A stretch of DNA of 64,000 nucleotides from an uncultured delta proteobacterium (GTDB lineage Bacteria > Desulfobacterota > Binatia > Binatales > Binataceae), in NCBI GenBank assembly GCA_963724765.1, contig CAVRVY010000004.1, forward strand, positions 608,001 through 672,000. The letters are read 5' to 3'. Position numbers and translations under genes: made by a program. Position 1 is the stretch's first letter, and each line of letters begins with the position of its first letter. Below the pieces are notes generated by a model. The model worked only from the letters and a program-made list of their open reading frames with translations. It ran no database searches and was not told the DNA's origin. Positions 39,799-49,908 of this stretch are shown here, piece after piece.

Positions 39799-40962
39799 TC
39801 AACCTCGGAAGATCTCGAACGGTTCGATCTTCAGCACACGGCGTACTCCCGCGTAACCGGAGACGCCTGCGATTATTAGGACCATCACTAAAGCCAGACC
39901 GAGGTTGGTGTAAGTTACACGGGACGCGTATTCCGGAAGCCTGAGCTGCGCGCCAGCTATGATGAGTGTCGACAGGCCAACTCCGAGCCCGTAGCCGACG
40001 AGCGCGGTAAAGCCGGCCTGGAAGATAATCACATATACCAACTCGCGCCCTTTGGCCCCCATGGCCTTAAGAGCGCCAAAGTGTTCGAGGTTTTCTATAA
40101 TGAAGGTGTAAAAGGTCTGACCGGAGATGGAAAGGCCTACGATGAAAGCGATCACTGTCATCAGCAGCGTATTGGTGCCGATGCCCGTTTTATATTTCAG
40201 GTAACTCGAAATCGCATTCTGGTACTCGGCGTTTGTCAGCGCGAGGTAGCCGAGTTGCGCAACCTGTTGTTTGATGTACGGGACATCGGAGGCGGTCTTT
40301 GGCTCGACCAAAATGTATGAAATAGTAAAGCGCATCGACGGAATGTACTGAATCGCTCTGTAGTAGGTGGTATAGAGCGTCGGGTTGCCAAATAAGGCCC
40401 CGGTCGGGACCCTGGCGATGCCAACGATGACGCCACGATAGTCATTCAGCTCGAATTCTGTTCCGATCTGTGGACTTTCAAGCTTGGGATACTCCTCATC
40501 CTTGACCACGACGAAGCCATTTTCCGCAAAGATATCATTGATATTCCCCGCCAGCAGTTTTGGCCTGCCAACTAAACTGGTGTCGTCAAGCCCGATCACG
40601 GTGACTGGCTGGTAAGTTCCGTCGTGCAGCCTCACCAGCGCCGCACCGGAGTAGAGAGGAACCGCGTATTTGACACCAGTAATGCTGCGCACCGCATCCA
40701 AAACGTAATCCGGCATCGGAACGTTGCTGAGAATGCCATTCGGCGCCGCGGGATCCATGACCCAGATGCTGGCGCCGATGTTAATGACGGTAGCGGACGC
40801 CTTGGTCAGGATACCCGCGAAAGACGAGGTCATCTGTACTATGAGAAAAACCGAGAATGTGGTTCCCACCAAGAGCGCGGTGTATTTGCCTTTGTCGGCG
40901 ACCAGAAGCTTATAGGCCAGGATCAAAATTTCTTTCACTGTTGCTTTCCTCGCGTTTGCCAA
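39799..40962 (-). CDS. ABC efflux permease (DevC/FtsX-like)
   Basis: N-terminal TM, periplasmic domain, FGALKAMGA, three C-terminal TMs. Confidence 0.88.
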   Translation of the reverse strand: MANARKATVKEILILAYKLLVADKGKYTALLVGTTFSVFLIVQMTSSFAGILTKASATVINIGASIWVMDPAAPNGILSNVPMPDYVLDAVRSITGVKYAVPLYSGAALVRLHDGTYQPVTVIGLDDTSLVGRPKLLAGNINDIFAENGFVVVKDEEYPKLESPQIGTEFELNDYRGVIVGIARVPTGALFGNPTLYTTYYRAIQYIPSMRFTISYILVEPKTASDVPYIKQQVAQLGYLALTNAEYQNAISSYLKYKTGIGTNTLLMTVIAFIVGLSISGQTFYTFIIENLEHFGALKAMGAKGRELVYVIIFQAGFTALVGYGLGVGLSTLIIAGAQLRLPEYASRVTYTNLGLALVMVLIIAGVSGYAGVRRVLKIEPFEIFRG

Positions 40963-41010
40963 CGTATGCCCAGGACACGAGCCGTGGTGGATGCAGCGTG
41001 AACAGGAGCG

Positions 41011-41163
41011 TCATTCGCCCATCCTCGGATAAAGATGCGACGCGATCGCAACCAGGCCGGCAAAGGTCGTGATCAGAAGCAGGAAATCGAGAGCGATTCC
41101 AATAGTGCTGACGCCGTTGCGGAGCATGAAAGGCGCGCGCAATCCGCAACTTTCGTAGATCAG
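41011..41163 (-). pseudogene. 3' remnant of an ABC-2 permease
   Basis: Reads LIYESCGLRAPFML...LVAIASHLYPRMGE*; compare LTYEVDALRGLML...LVAIAARLYPRMGE* in 45704-46483. Confidence 0.8.
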
Positions 41164-41211
41164 ACGAGCCGAGTTCTTCCTATAATTTTCCTCCGACTAA
41201 GAGGAGAACTG

Positions 41212-41314
41212 AGCAATATCAATGCCGCAATTTCGGCCCGTTCTAAGACCAGAAATGCCTTTTCGGGATCGGCTGACTCCATTGGAGGCATTCAAAATGG
41301 CTCCAACGGAGTCA
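41212..41314 (-). promoter_or_regulatory. sigma54 promoter with tandem palindromic sites (efflux operon)
   Basis: CGGCATTGATATTGCT (minus strand, 41212-41227); TGACTCCATTGGAGGCA at 41274 and TGGCTCCAACGGAGTCA at 41298. Confidence 0.75.
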
Positions 41315-41476
41315 GCCAAAGAATGATGCCACGGCCGGTCCCATCCACCGTACCCGCCTGAGTATCGGCGCTGAACGGTCGGGGCGGCGCCAACGAAACG
41401 CAGTCCCGACGAGTCTCGCAGAGCCGACCGCGAGACGCGCCCGAAAATGCAAGCCTCCTGCCGTTCGACTTCGCGC

Positions 41477-41492
41477 TGGCATGACAATCGCT
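41477..41492 (+). promoter_or_regulatory. sigma54 promoter
   Basis: TGGCATGACAATCGCT just before AGGAGG and ATG 41516. Confidence 0.6.
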
Positions 41493-41515
41493 AGAAGATT
41501 AGGAGGCCTCAGCGA

Positions 41516-41698
41516 ATGCCGGTAAGCGTGGTCAGAACGCCCGAGGATGAAATCGCATGGGAGCGCGCGAAGGCTCGCGCCCGGGAAGAATATCCCGACG
41601 TTACCGGCGAGCGCTTCTACAGAATTGTGATGGCCATTTATAAGAAGATGATTCACTATCAGCCGCGGACGAGCCGCCCGCGCCGCGATCGAGGATAG
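41516..41698 (+). CDS. Small hypothetical protein
   Basis: Perfect AGGAGG RBS; 60 aa, DEIAWERAK...FYRIVMAIYKKM. Confidence 0.75.
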   Translation: MPVSVVRTPEDEIAWERAKARAREEYPDVTGERFYRIVMAIYKKMIHYQPRTSRPRRDRG

Positions 41699-41950
41699 CT
41701 CGATGCACGACCTTGATAAGCAACGGATGCGGATGGTCGAGAGGCACGTCACGAGCAGCTCGCCAAACTGGCCAGAAGACGCTTCGCCGAACTGGGCTAT
41801 AGCAACATCAACGTTCTCCACTGCGACAGCACTCTGGGATGGCCCGAGCATGCACCTTACGATCTGATAGTGGTGACCGAAACTTTTCCGTTCGGAGTAT
41901 AGGACGCTGTCGGCCGGAATTTATTTCCGTTGCCGCGATGAAGACGGGAC

Positions 41951-42856
41951 GTGGCTGCGAATATCAAGCGGGTTTTGGCGAAGCTTGGCTGGATGCGCGA
42001 ACAGGGCATTTGGCCCAATGGCCTTCGCTATCTGTGGACGGATGCTTTCGGCGTCGTCCTCCTCGTTTCGCTTTACCACGAATTGGGCCGGCCGGAGTTC
42101 GTCGAACAAGCTGAGCGGGTAGTCGCCGACGTGGAGCATGTCCTGGGACGGGGACGCGGTCTGCGCATTGGCGAGGCTGCCGATCGCGATGGCCAGTACT
42201 TCCACTATCTCGCGATGTGGATGTACGCGCTGGGGTGCCTCGGCAACGTGATTCCGGAATACCGCGAAAGGGCGATTAGGCTGGTCGAGGACGTTCATTC
42301 CGCCTTCGTCATTCCCGGCCAGGGCGTCGTCTGGAAAATGCAGGAGGATCTGAGCGCACCCTATCCTGGCTTCGGACTCGGCTCGCTCGATCCGTTCCAC
42401 GGATACGTTGTTTACCGGCTACTCGATGAACGAGCGCTCGCCGAAGAGATCCGGCAAATGAAAACCATAGTTGACCGCAGTTATCGGGATCTGGTGATCA
42501 ATCAAGACCTTGGTCTTGGGATGATGCTTTGGATGACGCACTTCTTTCCCGAAGAACGTTGGGCACGCGTCCAGCGCGAGAGGAGTCTAGCGATACTTGA
42601 CCGGATGTGGATCGATCCGCCGGGCTATTTCTGTCGGGAGCCAGATGCACCGAAAGTCAAGTTTGCTTTTACCAACTACGGTGTGTCGCTTGGCCTGCAA
42701 TCGCGGGGTTGCTGGCCGGAGCGCGTCGCGCGCCTGAATTCGTTTTTCGAGGGATACCGTTCCGGAGATGACTACGACAAGGATGCGATTACGCACGTGA
42801 TGGCGTGCGTGTCGTACTTTCCAGGCCAATTTATTGTGCGACCAAGTCCGCAGTGA
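41951..42856 (+). CDS. Conserved hypothetical protein, probable alpha/alpha-toroid (glycosidase-like) fold
   Basis: RYLWTDAFGV, GLRIGE, DGQYFHYLAMWMYAL, AFTNYG. Confidence 0.75.
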   Translation: MAANIKRVLAKLGWMREQGIWPNGLRYLWTDAFGVVLLVSLYHELGRPEFVEQAERVVADVEHVLGRGRGLRIGEAADRDGQYFHYLAMWMYALGCLGNVIPEYRERAIRLVEDVHSAFVIPGQGVVWKMQEDLSAPYPGFGLGSLDPFHGYVVYRLLDERALAEEIRQMKTIVDRSYRDLVINQDLGLGMMLWMTHFFPEERWARVQRERSLAILDRMWIDPPGYFCREPDAPKVKFAFTNYGVSLGLQSRGCWPERVARLNSFFEGYRSGDDYDKDAITHVMACVSYFPGQFIVRPSPQ

Positions 42857-42933
42857 ACACGCCAGCTGGTTTGGAGCGGACGGACCCTAGTTGAGGTGGA
42901 TGGCTGGGTCCAGTATGCGAGCCGGGAACGAGC

Positions 42934-43037
42934 TGCATCCAACGGACGCACAAATCCAGGGATAACTGTCGCTGTCGGCCGCGCACTTCGCTGATTCCGC
43001 GCTACCGTTGGACTATTGTTCGGGCATAGCCTTTGCG
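42934..43037 (+). promoter_or_regulatory. sigma54 promoter and upstream palindrome of rtcB
   Basis: GGGCATAGCCTTTGCG at 43022-43037; TGCATCCAACGGACGCA at 42934-42950. Confidence 0.72.
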
Positions 43038-43052
43038 CAGTTTCTTGTTTGG

Positions 43053-44489
43053 ATGAACCTGGTCAAGATAAACGATTTTCTCTGGGAGATTCCCAGGCAG
43101 GGGGCGATGTTGGTCCCGGGGCGGCTCTACGTAAGCGCCTCAATGCTGGAAGATCTCCGCGACGATCCCGCTTTGACCCAGGTCGCCAATGTCGCTTGCC
43201 TTCCTGGAATCGTGGGCTACTCGCTCGCTATGCCCGATGTTCACTGGGGTTATGGTTTTCCGATTGGTGGTGTCGCGGCGATCGATGCGCGCACTGGCGT
43301 GATCTCTCCGGGCGGAGTGGGCTATGACATCAATTGCGGCGTCCGCCTTGCCCGCACCAACCTTCGTTACAAGGAGGTGGCGCCAAAGGTCGACCGGCTC
43401 GCCGACGCACTTTTCAACGCCATCCCGGCCGGAGTGGGCTCCGAGGAGGCCATACCGAGCCTCGGTATCGAAGAACTGCGGCAGCTCGTTCGGGAAGGCG
43501 CCGAATGGACGCTCCGCCACGGTTACGCGACCCAGGAAGACCTCGACCAAACAGAAGAAGGCGGCCGTCTGCCGATGGCTCAACCGGAGAAGGTCAGCGA
43601 GCACGCCTACCAGCGTGGCCGTAAGCAACTCGGAACGTTGGGTTCAGGCAATCATTTTCTGGAGGTCAGCCGGGTCGACCAGATCTACCAGCCTCGCGTT
43701 GCCGAAGCGCTGGGGCTCGAACTTGGGCAGGTTACCCTCCTGATTCATTCCGGCTCCCGCGGGCTCGGCCATCAAACCTGCGAGGATTACCTGAAGATAA
43801 TCGGCTCTGCGATGGCAGAGTACGAGATTGTCCTTCCCGACCGCCAGCTTGCGGCCGTGCCTATCGCCTCGCAAGAGGGACAGGACTACCTGGGCGCGAT
43901 GGCAGCGGCGGCCAACTTCGCATGGTGCAACCGCCAGGTCATGATGCACCTGGCGACGAACGCCTTCATGGAGGCGCTCGGGATTAGTCGGCGCGAGCTG
44001 GGGCTCACGCTCATCTATGATGTTTGCCACAACATCGCAAAGTTCGAGGACCATGTCGTCGACGGGGTGAAGCGGGTCCTGTGCGTCCATCGCAAAGGAG
44101 CGACTCGTGCGTTCGGCCCGGGCCATCCGGAGCTCCCCAAGGCGTACCGGCACCTCGGCCAACCCGTTCTGATCCCGGGTGACATGGGACGTTATTCATT
44201 CGTGCTCATCGGGCTGGAGGGAGCGATGCGCGAAACGTTCGGCTCGTCATGCCACGGCGCGGGACGCTTGATGAGCCGCACCCAGGCAAAGCGCAAGGCG
44301 CGCGGCCGCGATCTCTTTGCGGAACTTGGAGCCATGGGCGTGACGGTCCGCGCACAGAGTCGGGCGGGCGTGGCCGAAGAGATGCCGGAATCCTACAAGG
44401 ATGTCGCTGAGGTAGTTGAGGTGCTCGAGGCCGCGCGGGTTACGCAGAGAGTTGCCAGACTCAAACCCTTCGCGGTAATCAAGGGTTGA
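43053..44489 (+). CDS. rtcB: RtcB RNA 3'-phosphate/5'-OH ligase
   Basis: MPDVHWGYGFPIGG, GYDINCG, GSGNHF, HSGSRG, HRKGAT, SCHGAGR. Confidence 0.96.
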   Translation: MNLVKINDFLWEIPRQGAMLVPGRLYVSASMLEDLRDDPALTQVANVACLPGIVGYSLAMPDVHWGYGFPIGGVAAIDARTGVISPGGVGYDINCGVRLARTNLRYKEVAPKVDRLADALFNAIPAGVGSEEAIPSLGIEELRQLVREGAEWTLRHGYATQEDLDQTEEGGRLPMAQPEKVSEHAYQRGRKQLGTLGSGNHFLEVSRVDQIYQPRVAEALGLELGQVTLLIHSGSRGLGHQTCEDYLKIIGSAMAEYEIVLPDRQLAAVPIASQEGQDYLGAMAAAANFAWCNRQVMMHLATNAFMEALGISRRELGLTLIYDVCHNIAKFEDHVVDGVKRVLCVHRKGATRAFGPGHPELPKAYRHLGQPVLIPGDMGRYSFVLIGLEGAMRETFGSSCHGAGRLMSRTQAKRKARGRDLFAELGAMGVTVRAQSRAGVAEEMPESYKDVAEVVEVLEAARVTQRVARLKPFAVIKG

Positions 44490-44507
44490 AACGTCGGCGA
44501 ATGTGCC

Positions 44508-44738
44508 GTGAGGCCCGCGCAACACAACGCTGCCCGCGACCTCGTTGACCGCCATGATGCCGGTGCGGCAGTCGAACGTATCGCCGAAATTTACACCGCC
44601 GGCGCGCGCGTCATCCGCAACGCCTTCGCCGCATTTACTGAGGGCAGGTTCGCACCGCCTACCTTGCGATCGGCGCCCATCTGCACGTGGACGTGCCTAT
44701 CCTACAGCGTGCTGCTCGAACCAGCCGCTTACGAATGA
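44508..44738 (+). pseudogene. Possible AMP nucleosidase N-terminal remnant
   Basis: DAGAAVERIAEIY......IRNAF resembles the Amn N-terminus; truncated. Confidence 0.4.
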
Positions 44739-44805
44739 CGCTAAATGCACCTTGATTTCTGCGGACGCTATTACGCGGGAGGAAACGGACGGGCCACAAG
44801 CTGAT

Positions 44806-45693
44806 ATGGTAGTCACTCGGCTAGCCGGCAGAGGAGAGGCCGCTCTGAACGCAGTGTTTAATCGCAATAGCGGAACCACCACTTTGGAGCCGAATGCCGA
44901 GCCGGCAATCGTCACTGAAGCGCTCACGCGTTGCTTTCGTGATCTCGTCGCCGTGGCTGATGTCTCGATGACCGTGCTGCATGGCGAGATCTTTGGCCTC
45001 ATCGGCCCAAACGGCGCCGGCAAGAGCACGCTAATCAAGATGTTGACCACCCTCCTGCCGCCTTCATCCGGAACCGCGCGGGTCGCCGGCTTTGACATCG
45101 TCGCACGGGCTGCCGAAGTGCGCCGGCGCATCGGATATGTTCCACAGTTCCTGTCCGCGGACCGATCGCTCACGGGCTACGAGAACATGCTCCTCTCTGC
45201 CCGCCTGTATGCGATTCCGCGGCGCGAGCGCGCGCAACGCATCGCCGACGCGCTTGCCGCGATGAATCTGACGGAGGTCGCCGACCGCCTGGTGCATCAC
45301 TACTCGGGCGGTATGATACGAGCGCTCGAAATCGCCCAGAGCATGCTGCATCGTCCGAAGGTCCTAATGATGGACGAACCCACCATCGGGCTTGATCCGA
45401 TGGCCCGGCGGGTGGTGCGGGATCGTGTCCGCGCCTTGCGCGAGACTCTCGGGATGACGATGCTTGTAACCACGCATGACATGGTAGAAGCGAACGAGCT
45501 CTGCGACCGTATCGCGCTGATGCACAACGGACGGATCGAGGTGGTTGGTTCACCGGCCGAGCTCAAGGCGCAAGTAGAGCCCGGGGCGACGCTCGACGAT
45601 GTCTTTGCGCACTTTATCGGCGTCGAGATCCAACCCGGCGGCGGATATACACAAGCGCAGCGCGCGCGGCAGAGCATCCGCGAGCATCGCTAA
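44806..45693 (+). CDS. ABC-2/DrrA-type ATPase (start uncertain)
   Basis: GPNGAGKS, YSGGM, MDEPTIGLD. Confidence 0.9.
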   Translation: MVVTRLAGRGEAALNAVFNRNSGTTTLEPNAEPAIVTEALTRCFRDLVAVADVSMTVLHGEIFGLIGPNGAGKSTLIKMLTTLLPPSSGTARVAGFDIVARAAEVRRRIGYVPQFLSADRSLTGYENMLLSARLYAIPRRERAQRIADALAAMNLTEVADRLVHHYSGGMIRALEIAQSMLHRPKVLMMDEPTIGLDPMARRVVRDRVRALRETLGMTMLVTTHDMVEANELCDRIALMHNGRIEVVGSPAELKAQVEPGATLDDVFAHFIGVEIQPGGGYTQAQRARQSIREHR

Positions 45694-45703
45694 AAAGGCT
45701 CCG

Positions 45704-46483
45704 ATGTCCGCAATCTCTGACTACGGCTGGCAAATCTTCGCCGTCTCTGATGCCGAAGTGCGCAAGCTGCGCCACGACTCCCTGGAGCTCGCGACCCGGG
45801 CGGTGCAGCCTGCACTATGGCTTCTCCTGTTTGGCCAGGTCATGGCCCAAGTCCGGGGAATCACCAGCGGAGGAACGCGCTACCTCGACTTTCTGGTGCC
45901 CGGCATCCTTGGGCAGAGCGTGCTGTTCGTGGCGATTTTTTACGGTATCAACACCATCTGGGAGCGGGATTTGGGCGTTCTGCACCGCTACCTGGTGAGC
46001 CCGGCGCCGCGCAGCGCGCTCGTGCTCGGCAAGGCCTTGTCGTCGACCGTTCGAGGGCTGTCGCAGGCGATCGTCGTTTACGTGCTGGCGCTGATTCTAG
46101 GCATCCAGGTGAGCTTTCAAGTTCGACACGTCCTCGGCGTGATCGTCTTCATCGCGCTCGGCGCAGCTCTCTTCTCTACCTTTTCGGTGATTGTGGCTTG
46201 CATCGTACGAACCCGGGAGCGGTTCCTAGGCATCGGGCAAGTGCTGACGATGCCCATCTTTTTCGCCAGCAACGCTATCTATCCCATCCGCCTGATGCCC
46301 CGCTGGCTGCAGGTTATCTCTCGCCTCAATCCGCTAACCTACGAAGTCGATGCACTGCGTGGGCTGATGCTTCCCACCACGACAAGCCGGATCGGACTCT
46401 CGACGGATAGCGCAGTGCTGGTGGCCACATTCGTTGTTCTCGTCGCGATTGCGGCGCGCCTTTACCCCAGAATGGGTGAATGA
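45704..46483 (+). CDS. ABC-2/DrrB-type permease
   Basis: YLDFLVPGI, IWERDLG, NPLTYEVDALR. Confidence 0.92.
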   Translation: MSAISDYGWQIFAVSDAEVRKLRHDSLELATRAVQPALWLLLFGQVMAQVRGITSGGTRYLDFLVPGILGQSVLFVAIFYGINTIWERDLGVLHRYLVSPAPRSALVLGKALSSTVRGLSQAIVVYVLALILGIQVSFQVRHVLGVIVFIALGAALFSTFSVIVACIVRTRERFLGIGQVLTMPIFFASNAIYPIRLMPRWLQVISRLNPLTYEVDALRGLMLPTTTSRIGLSTDSAVLVATFVVLVAIAARLYPRMGE

Positions 46484-46858
46484 GTGCAGAGATAGCTGGA
46501 ATCGGTGGGGTCACTTCATAGGGGATACAGTGCGCAACAAGGGGGTCGCTCAGTACGAGGAGGCAAATCTTCCTTCACAACAAACTCTTAATCAGCCCGA
46601 GTTCGTCGCGTGTGAGACGCGGCAGAAGGAAGTGGCGCCGCACCGTGTTCGCGTCCGGCGCGTCCAAGTCGGCCACGTTCGCCGTAATGCCGCAAGCGCC
46701 TGCTCCTTCCCATCCGCAATTCATGCCGCTCCGAGCGGCGTTAGAAGCCCCTCGGCGCGGCCCCACGCGTCCAGACCCATGGTCCTTTCCTTCCGCCCGC
46801 TTTGGCGCTGTCCGCTTCGCGAATGGCCGCAAAGCGTGTAATGGAAACTGTTATCTGA

Positions 46859-47287
46859 CTAAGACCGAATAGTTAGTACCGGGCAAGTGGCGCTACGCAC
46901 CACCGCTTCCGCGACGCTGCCAAGCAACAGATGAGGGAGCCCGGATCGTCCGTGCGTGGCCATTACGATAAGATCGGCGCCAACCTCGTGAGCCGTGGCC
47001 AAGATGTTCTTTGGAATATGCGCGGCGAACGCAAGCTTGGTGTGGAGCTGATTTTTGATTCCGACTAACTCGGCGTCCGCTATCCTCTGAAGGCGCTGAC
47101 GAGCCGACAGGTCACGTTGGGGCTCAAGACTTTGAACGATTTCGGGCGCCGTTGGGATGATGGTGATGACATGCAACAGATGCAGCGTCGCATCCATCTG
47201 TGCCGCAAGCTGCGCCGCATGCTTCACGGCCGCGAGGGAATTCTCGTCAAAGTCGACCGGGCAAAGAACAGTCTGATAGCGGTGCAT
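46859..47287 (-). CDS. Universal stress protein
   Basis: LCPVDFDENS, MATHGRSG..HLLLGSVAEAVVRSATCPVL. Confidence 0.93.
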   Translation of the reverse strand: MHRYQTVLCPVDFDENSLAAVKHAAQLAAQMDATLHLLHVITIIPTAPEIVQSLEPQRDLSARQRLQRIADAELVGIKNQLHTKLAFAAHIPKNILATAHEVGADLIVMATHGRSGLPHLLLGSVAEAVVRSATCPVLTIRS

Positions 47288-47352
47288 TAAGCGTTCGCTT
47301 TCTCGGTTCTGCTGGTTCTGGATGATGATGTTGTGCCATCGGCGCGGCTCGT

Positions 47353-48969
47353 TTACATCGGAGCGACGGACTGCTTCAGCTCTTTTGGTTCGGGTAGCTC
47401 GGTCAGCGTCGCCTCGCTGAGCAAAAGCAGGCTCGCCACCGAAACCGCGTTCTCCAGTGCGACACGCACGACTTTGGTCGGATCGATTATTCCCTTCTCG
47501 ACCAGGTTCACGTATTCCTTGCGCGCCGCATCGAATCCCAGATCGCCCTTGCCGGTCCGCATCTGGTGCACTACCACGCCCCCATCGACCCCGGAGTTTT
47601 CAGCCAACTGACGGGTAGGGATCTCCAGCGCCCGCTTGAGTATCTGGAGCCCGGTACGTTCGTCGCCCTCGCATTTGCTTTCCTCGTTTTCCAGAGCATC
47701 GATCGCGCGCAGCAGAGCGAGCCCGCCGCCCGGGATGATTCCCTCGGCCACGGCGGCTTTGGTCGCGCTGATCGCATCGTCGAAAGCCTCCTTGCGGCTC
47801 TTCATTTCGGCCTCCGACGGCGCACCGACGCGAATAACCGCGACTCCGCCGGAGAGCTTGGCCAGTCGTTCCTGGAGTTTCTCTCTGTCGTAGTCGCTGG
47901 TCGTCTTGTCGATCAGCTGGCGGAGCTGCAGCTTGCGCCCTTCGATGGCGCGCTTGTCGCCAAGACCGCCGATTATCTTGGTCGTATCGTGGTCGACCAC
48001 CACACGCTTTGCCCTCCCAAGTTGCGCGAGGTCCAATGCTTCGAGCCGGGCACCGATCTCTTCCGAAGCGACGCGGCCACCAGTCAGGATGGCGATATCC
48101 TCAAGTATCTCCTTGCGCCGGTCGCCGAAGCCCGGCGCCTTGACGGCTACACAGCGCAACGCGCCGCGAAGCTTGTTCACCAGCAACGTCGCCAGGGCTT
48201 CACCTTCGATATCCTCGGCGATGAGGAGCAGCGCCTGTCCGGCCTGGACAATCTGCTCGAGCACATGGACCAGATCCTTCATCACGGTTATCTTGTGGTC
48301 CGTAAGCAGAATGACTGCATCTTCGAGCACCGCCTCCATTTTGTCGGGGTCGGTCACGAAGTATGGTGACACGTAACCACGGTCGAACTGCAAACCCTCG
48401 ACGACCTCGAGGTTGGTCTCGGTGGTTTTCGATTCCTCCACCGAAATGACACCATCGCCGCCGACCTTCTCCATCGCGTCGGCCACCAGCTCGCCCATCG
48501 CGGGCTCGTTATGCGCCGAAATCGTCGCGATCTGCATCTTCTCCAGCCGGCTCTTGACCGGGCGGGAAAGCGCACGCAGGCTCTCGACAGCAATTCGAAC
48601 ACTACGGTCGAGCCCACGCTTTATGTCGATTGCGCTCGCGCCCGCAGCGACGTTGCGCACTCCATCGGCGAAGATTGCTTCGGCCAGCATGGCGGAGGTG
48701 CTGGTACCGTCGCCCACGCTGTCTCCCGTACGCTCTGCGGCCTGACGAATCATCTGGGCCCCAAGGTTCTCTATCGCATCCTTGAGGTTGATCTCCTTGG
48801 CGATCGTCACGCCGTCGTTGCAAACCAGCGGCGGGCCGAACGAGCGCTGGATAAGCACACACTTCGATTTGGGCCCGAGCGTGATCCGAACCGCGTCGGC
48901 CAGTGCCTTTGCCCCGCGGAGCAGCTTCTCCCGCGCCTCCGAACTGAAAAAGAGCTGGGTGTGTTCCAT
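47353..48969 (-). CDS. groEL: Chaperonin GroEL (divergent paralog, no adjacent groES)
   Basis: TLGPK, NDGVTIAKEI, GDGTST, KAPGFGDRRK, KLQERLAKL; no GGM tail. Confidence 0.95.
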   Translation of the reverse strand: MEHTQLFFSSEAREKLLRGAKALADAVRITLGPKSKCVLIQRSFGPPLVCNDGVTIAKEINLKDAIENLGAQMIRQAAERTGDSVGDGTSTSAMLAEAIFADGVRNVAAGASAIDIKRGLDRSVRIAVESLRALSRPVKSRLEKMQIATISAHNEPAMGELVADAMEKVGGDGVISVEESKTTETNLEVVEGLQFDRGYVSPYFVTDPDKMEAVLEDAVILLTDHKITVMKDLVHVLEQIVQAGQALLLIAEDIEGEALATLLVNKLRGALRCVAVKAPGFGDRRKEILEDIAILTGGRVASEEIGARLEALDLAQLGRAKRVVVDHDTTKIIGGLGDKRAIEGRKLQLRQLIDKTTSDYDREKLQERLAKLSGGVAVIRVGAPSEAEMKSRKEAFDDAISATKAAVAEGIIPGGGLALLRAIDALENEESKCEGDERTGLQILKRALEIPTRQLAENSGVDGGVVVHQMRTGKGDLGFDAARKEYVNLVEKGIIDPTKVVRVALENAVSVASLLLLSEATLTELPEPKELKQSVAPM

Positions 48970-49048
48970 AAGAAGTTAACTCTCGAGAAATTGAGACTTC
49001 GCGATCAAACCAAGGGCCTCAACTGTTCAACAGCGCGCAGGCCGCGTG

Positions 49049-49312
49049 CTAGGGAGTCGCGCTATCCTCGATAAATTCTGCATAACAAGCCTCGCACAGC
49101 GGCGTTATTTCGCCGGCCTCGTCCAAAATGGCGATCACCTCACTCGCAGGCTCCTCACTTGCCTTCGTATGCGCCCGCGCGACCGCGCATGGCCCGCAAC
49201 CGAATGCCCTGCCGGTTTTGCTTTCGTATTTGCGAGCGATCGCGGCCTGTTCGAGATCACTAAGACCATCGAGCAGGACAGCTTTTGCGGCGTATTTTGT
49301 GGACATTCCCAT
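49049..49312 (-). CDS. Small putative zinc-binding protein
   Basis: GGAGG RBS; CGPC and CEAC. Confidence 0.65.
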   Translation of the reverse strand: MGMSTKYAAKAVLLDGLSDLEQAAIARKYESKTGRAFGCGPCAVARAHTKASEEPASEVIAILDEAGEITPLCEACYAEFIEDSATP

Positions 49313-49417
49313 TCCTCCGAGGCCGGCGGCTACGCGGATTATGCCGCTGAAAGTAGTGAGCACTCCAGAGTGACTAAACGCTTTGGAGTGCCCTTCAATG
49401 GTTTGTCGCCGGTCAGC

Positions 49418-49855
49418 TCAATGCGCTGCTTCGAGCGGAATCTTCTTGGCCCCCACCTCCTTGGCGATAGGCATCGTGACCTCGACGACTCCGTTCTTGA
49501 ACGTGGCCTTGATCTTATCGGTCTGGGCTCCCTCGGGCAGAGTCGTGTGGCGCTCGAACGCGCCGTACGAAACCTCACGTCGGAAGTAGTTTTCCTTTTT
49601 CACTTCCTGTTTGTCTTTGCGCTCGCCCTTGATCATCAGGACGTTTCCAAGCACACTCACGTCGATATCCTTAGGATCGAGCCCCGGCACGTCCGCGCGA
49701 ACGACCACGTTCCCGTCCTTGACGTAGCTCTCGATGGGCAGCTTAAGTTCGCCCTCTTCCTCGAAGTCCTCGAAGAACCGTGGGAACCGAGTCTCGAAGC
49801 GCCGCGCCCAGCGCTCGAGGTCCGAAAACGGCCGCCATGGTTGTAGTTCTCGCAT
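49418..49855 (-). CDS. Hsp20/alpha-crystallin small heat-shock protein
   Basis: ADVPG, L.IKGER, REVSYGAFER, ATFKNGV. Confidence 0.95.
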   Translation of the reverse strand: MRELQPWRPFSDLERWARRFETRFPRFFEDFEEEGELKLPIESYVKDGNVVVRADVPGLDPKDIDVSVLGNVLMIKGERKDKQEVKKENYFRREVSYGAFERHTTLPEGAQTDKIKATFKNGVVEVTMPIAKEVGAKKIPLEAAH

Positions 49856-49908
49856 CGTCGTCTCTCCATTTCTCTTTTTTTTTGAGTAGGGCCTGCGCCC
49901 AACTGCGG

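Noticed and set aside
41271-41317. 22-bp-arm hairpin read as a terminator or REP element
   Set aside because: No U-tail and not at a gene end; better explained as two adjacent palindromic UAS sites.
41448-41463. Extra minus-strand sigma54-like motif CGGCAGGAGGCTTGCA
   Set aside because: No gene start close downstream and 41212 fits better; not counted among the twelve.
49875-49883. T9 run in the hsp20 leader as a phase-variation tract
   Set aside because: Outside the coding region and promoter spacer; more likely an A-rich translational enhancer on the minus strand.
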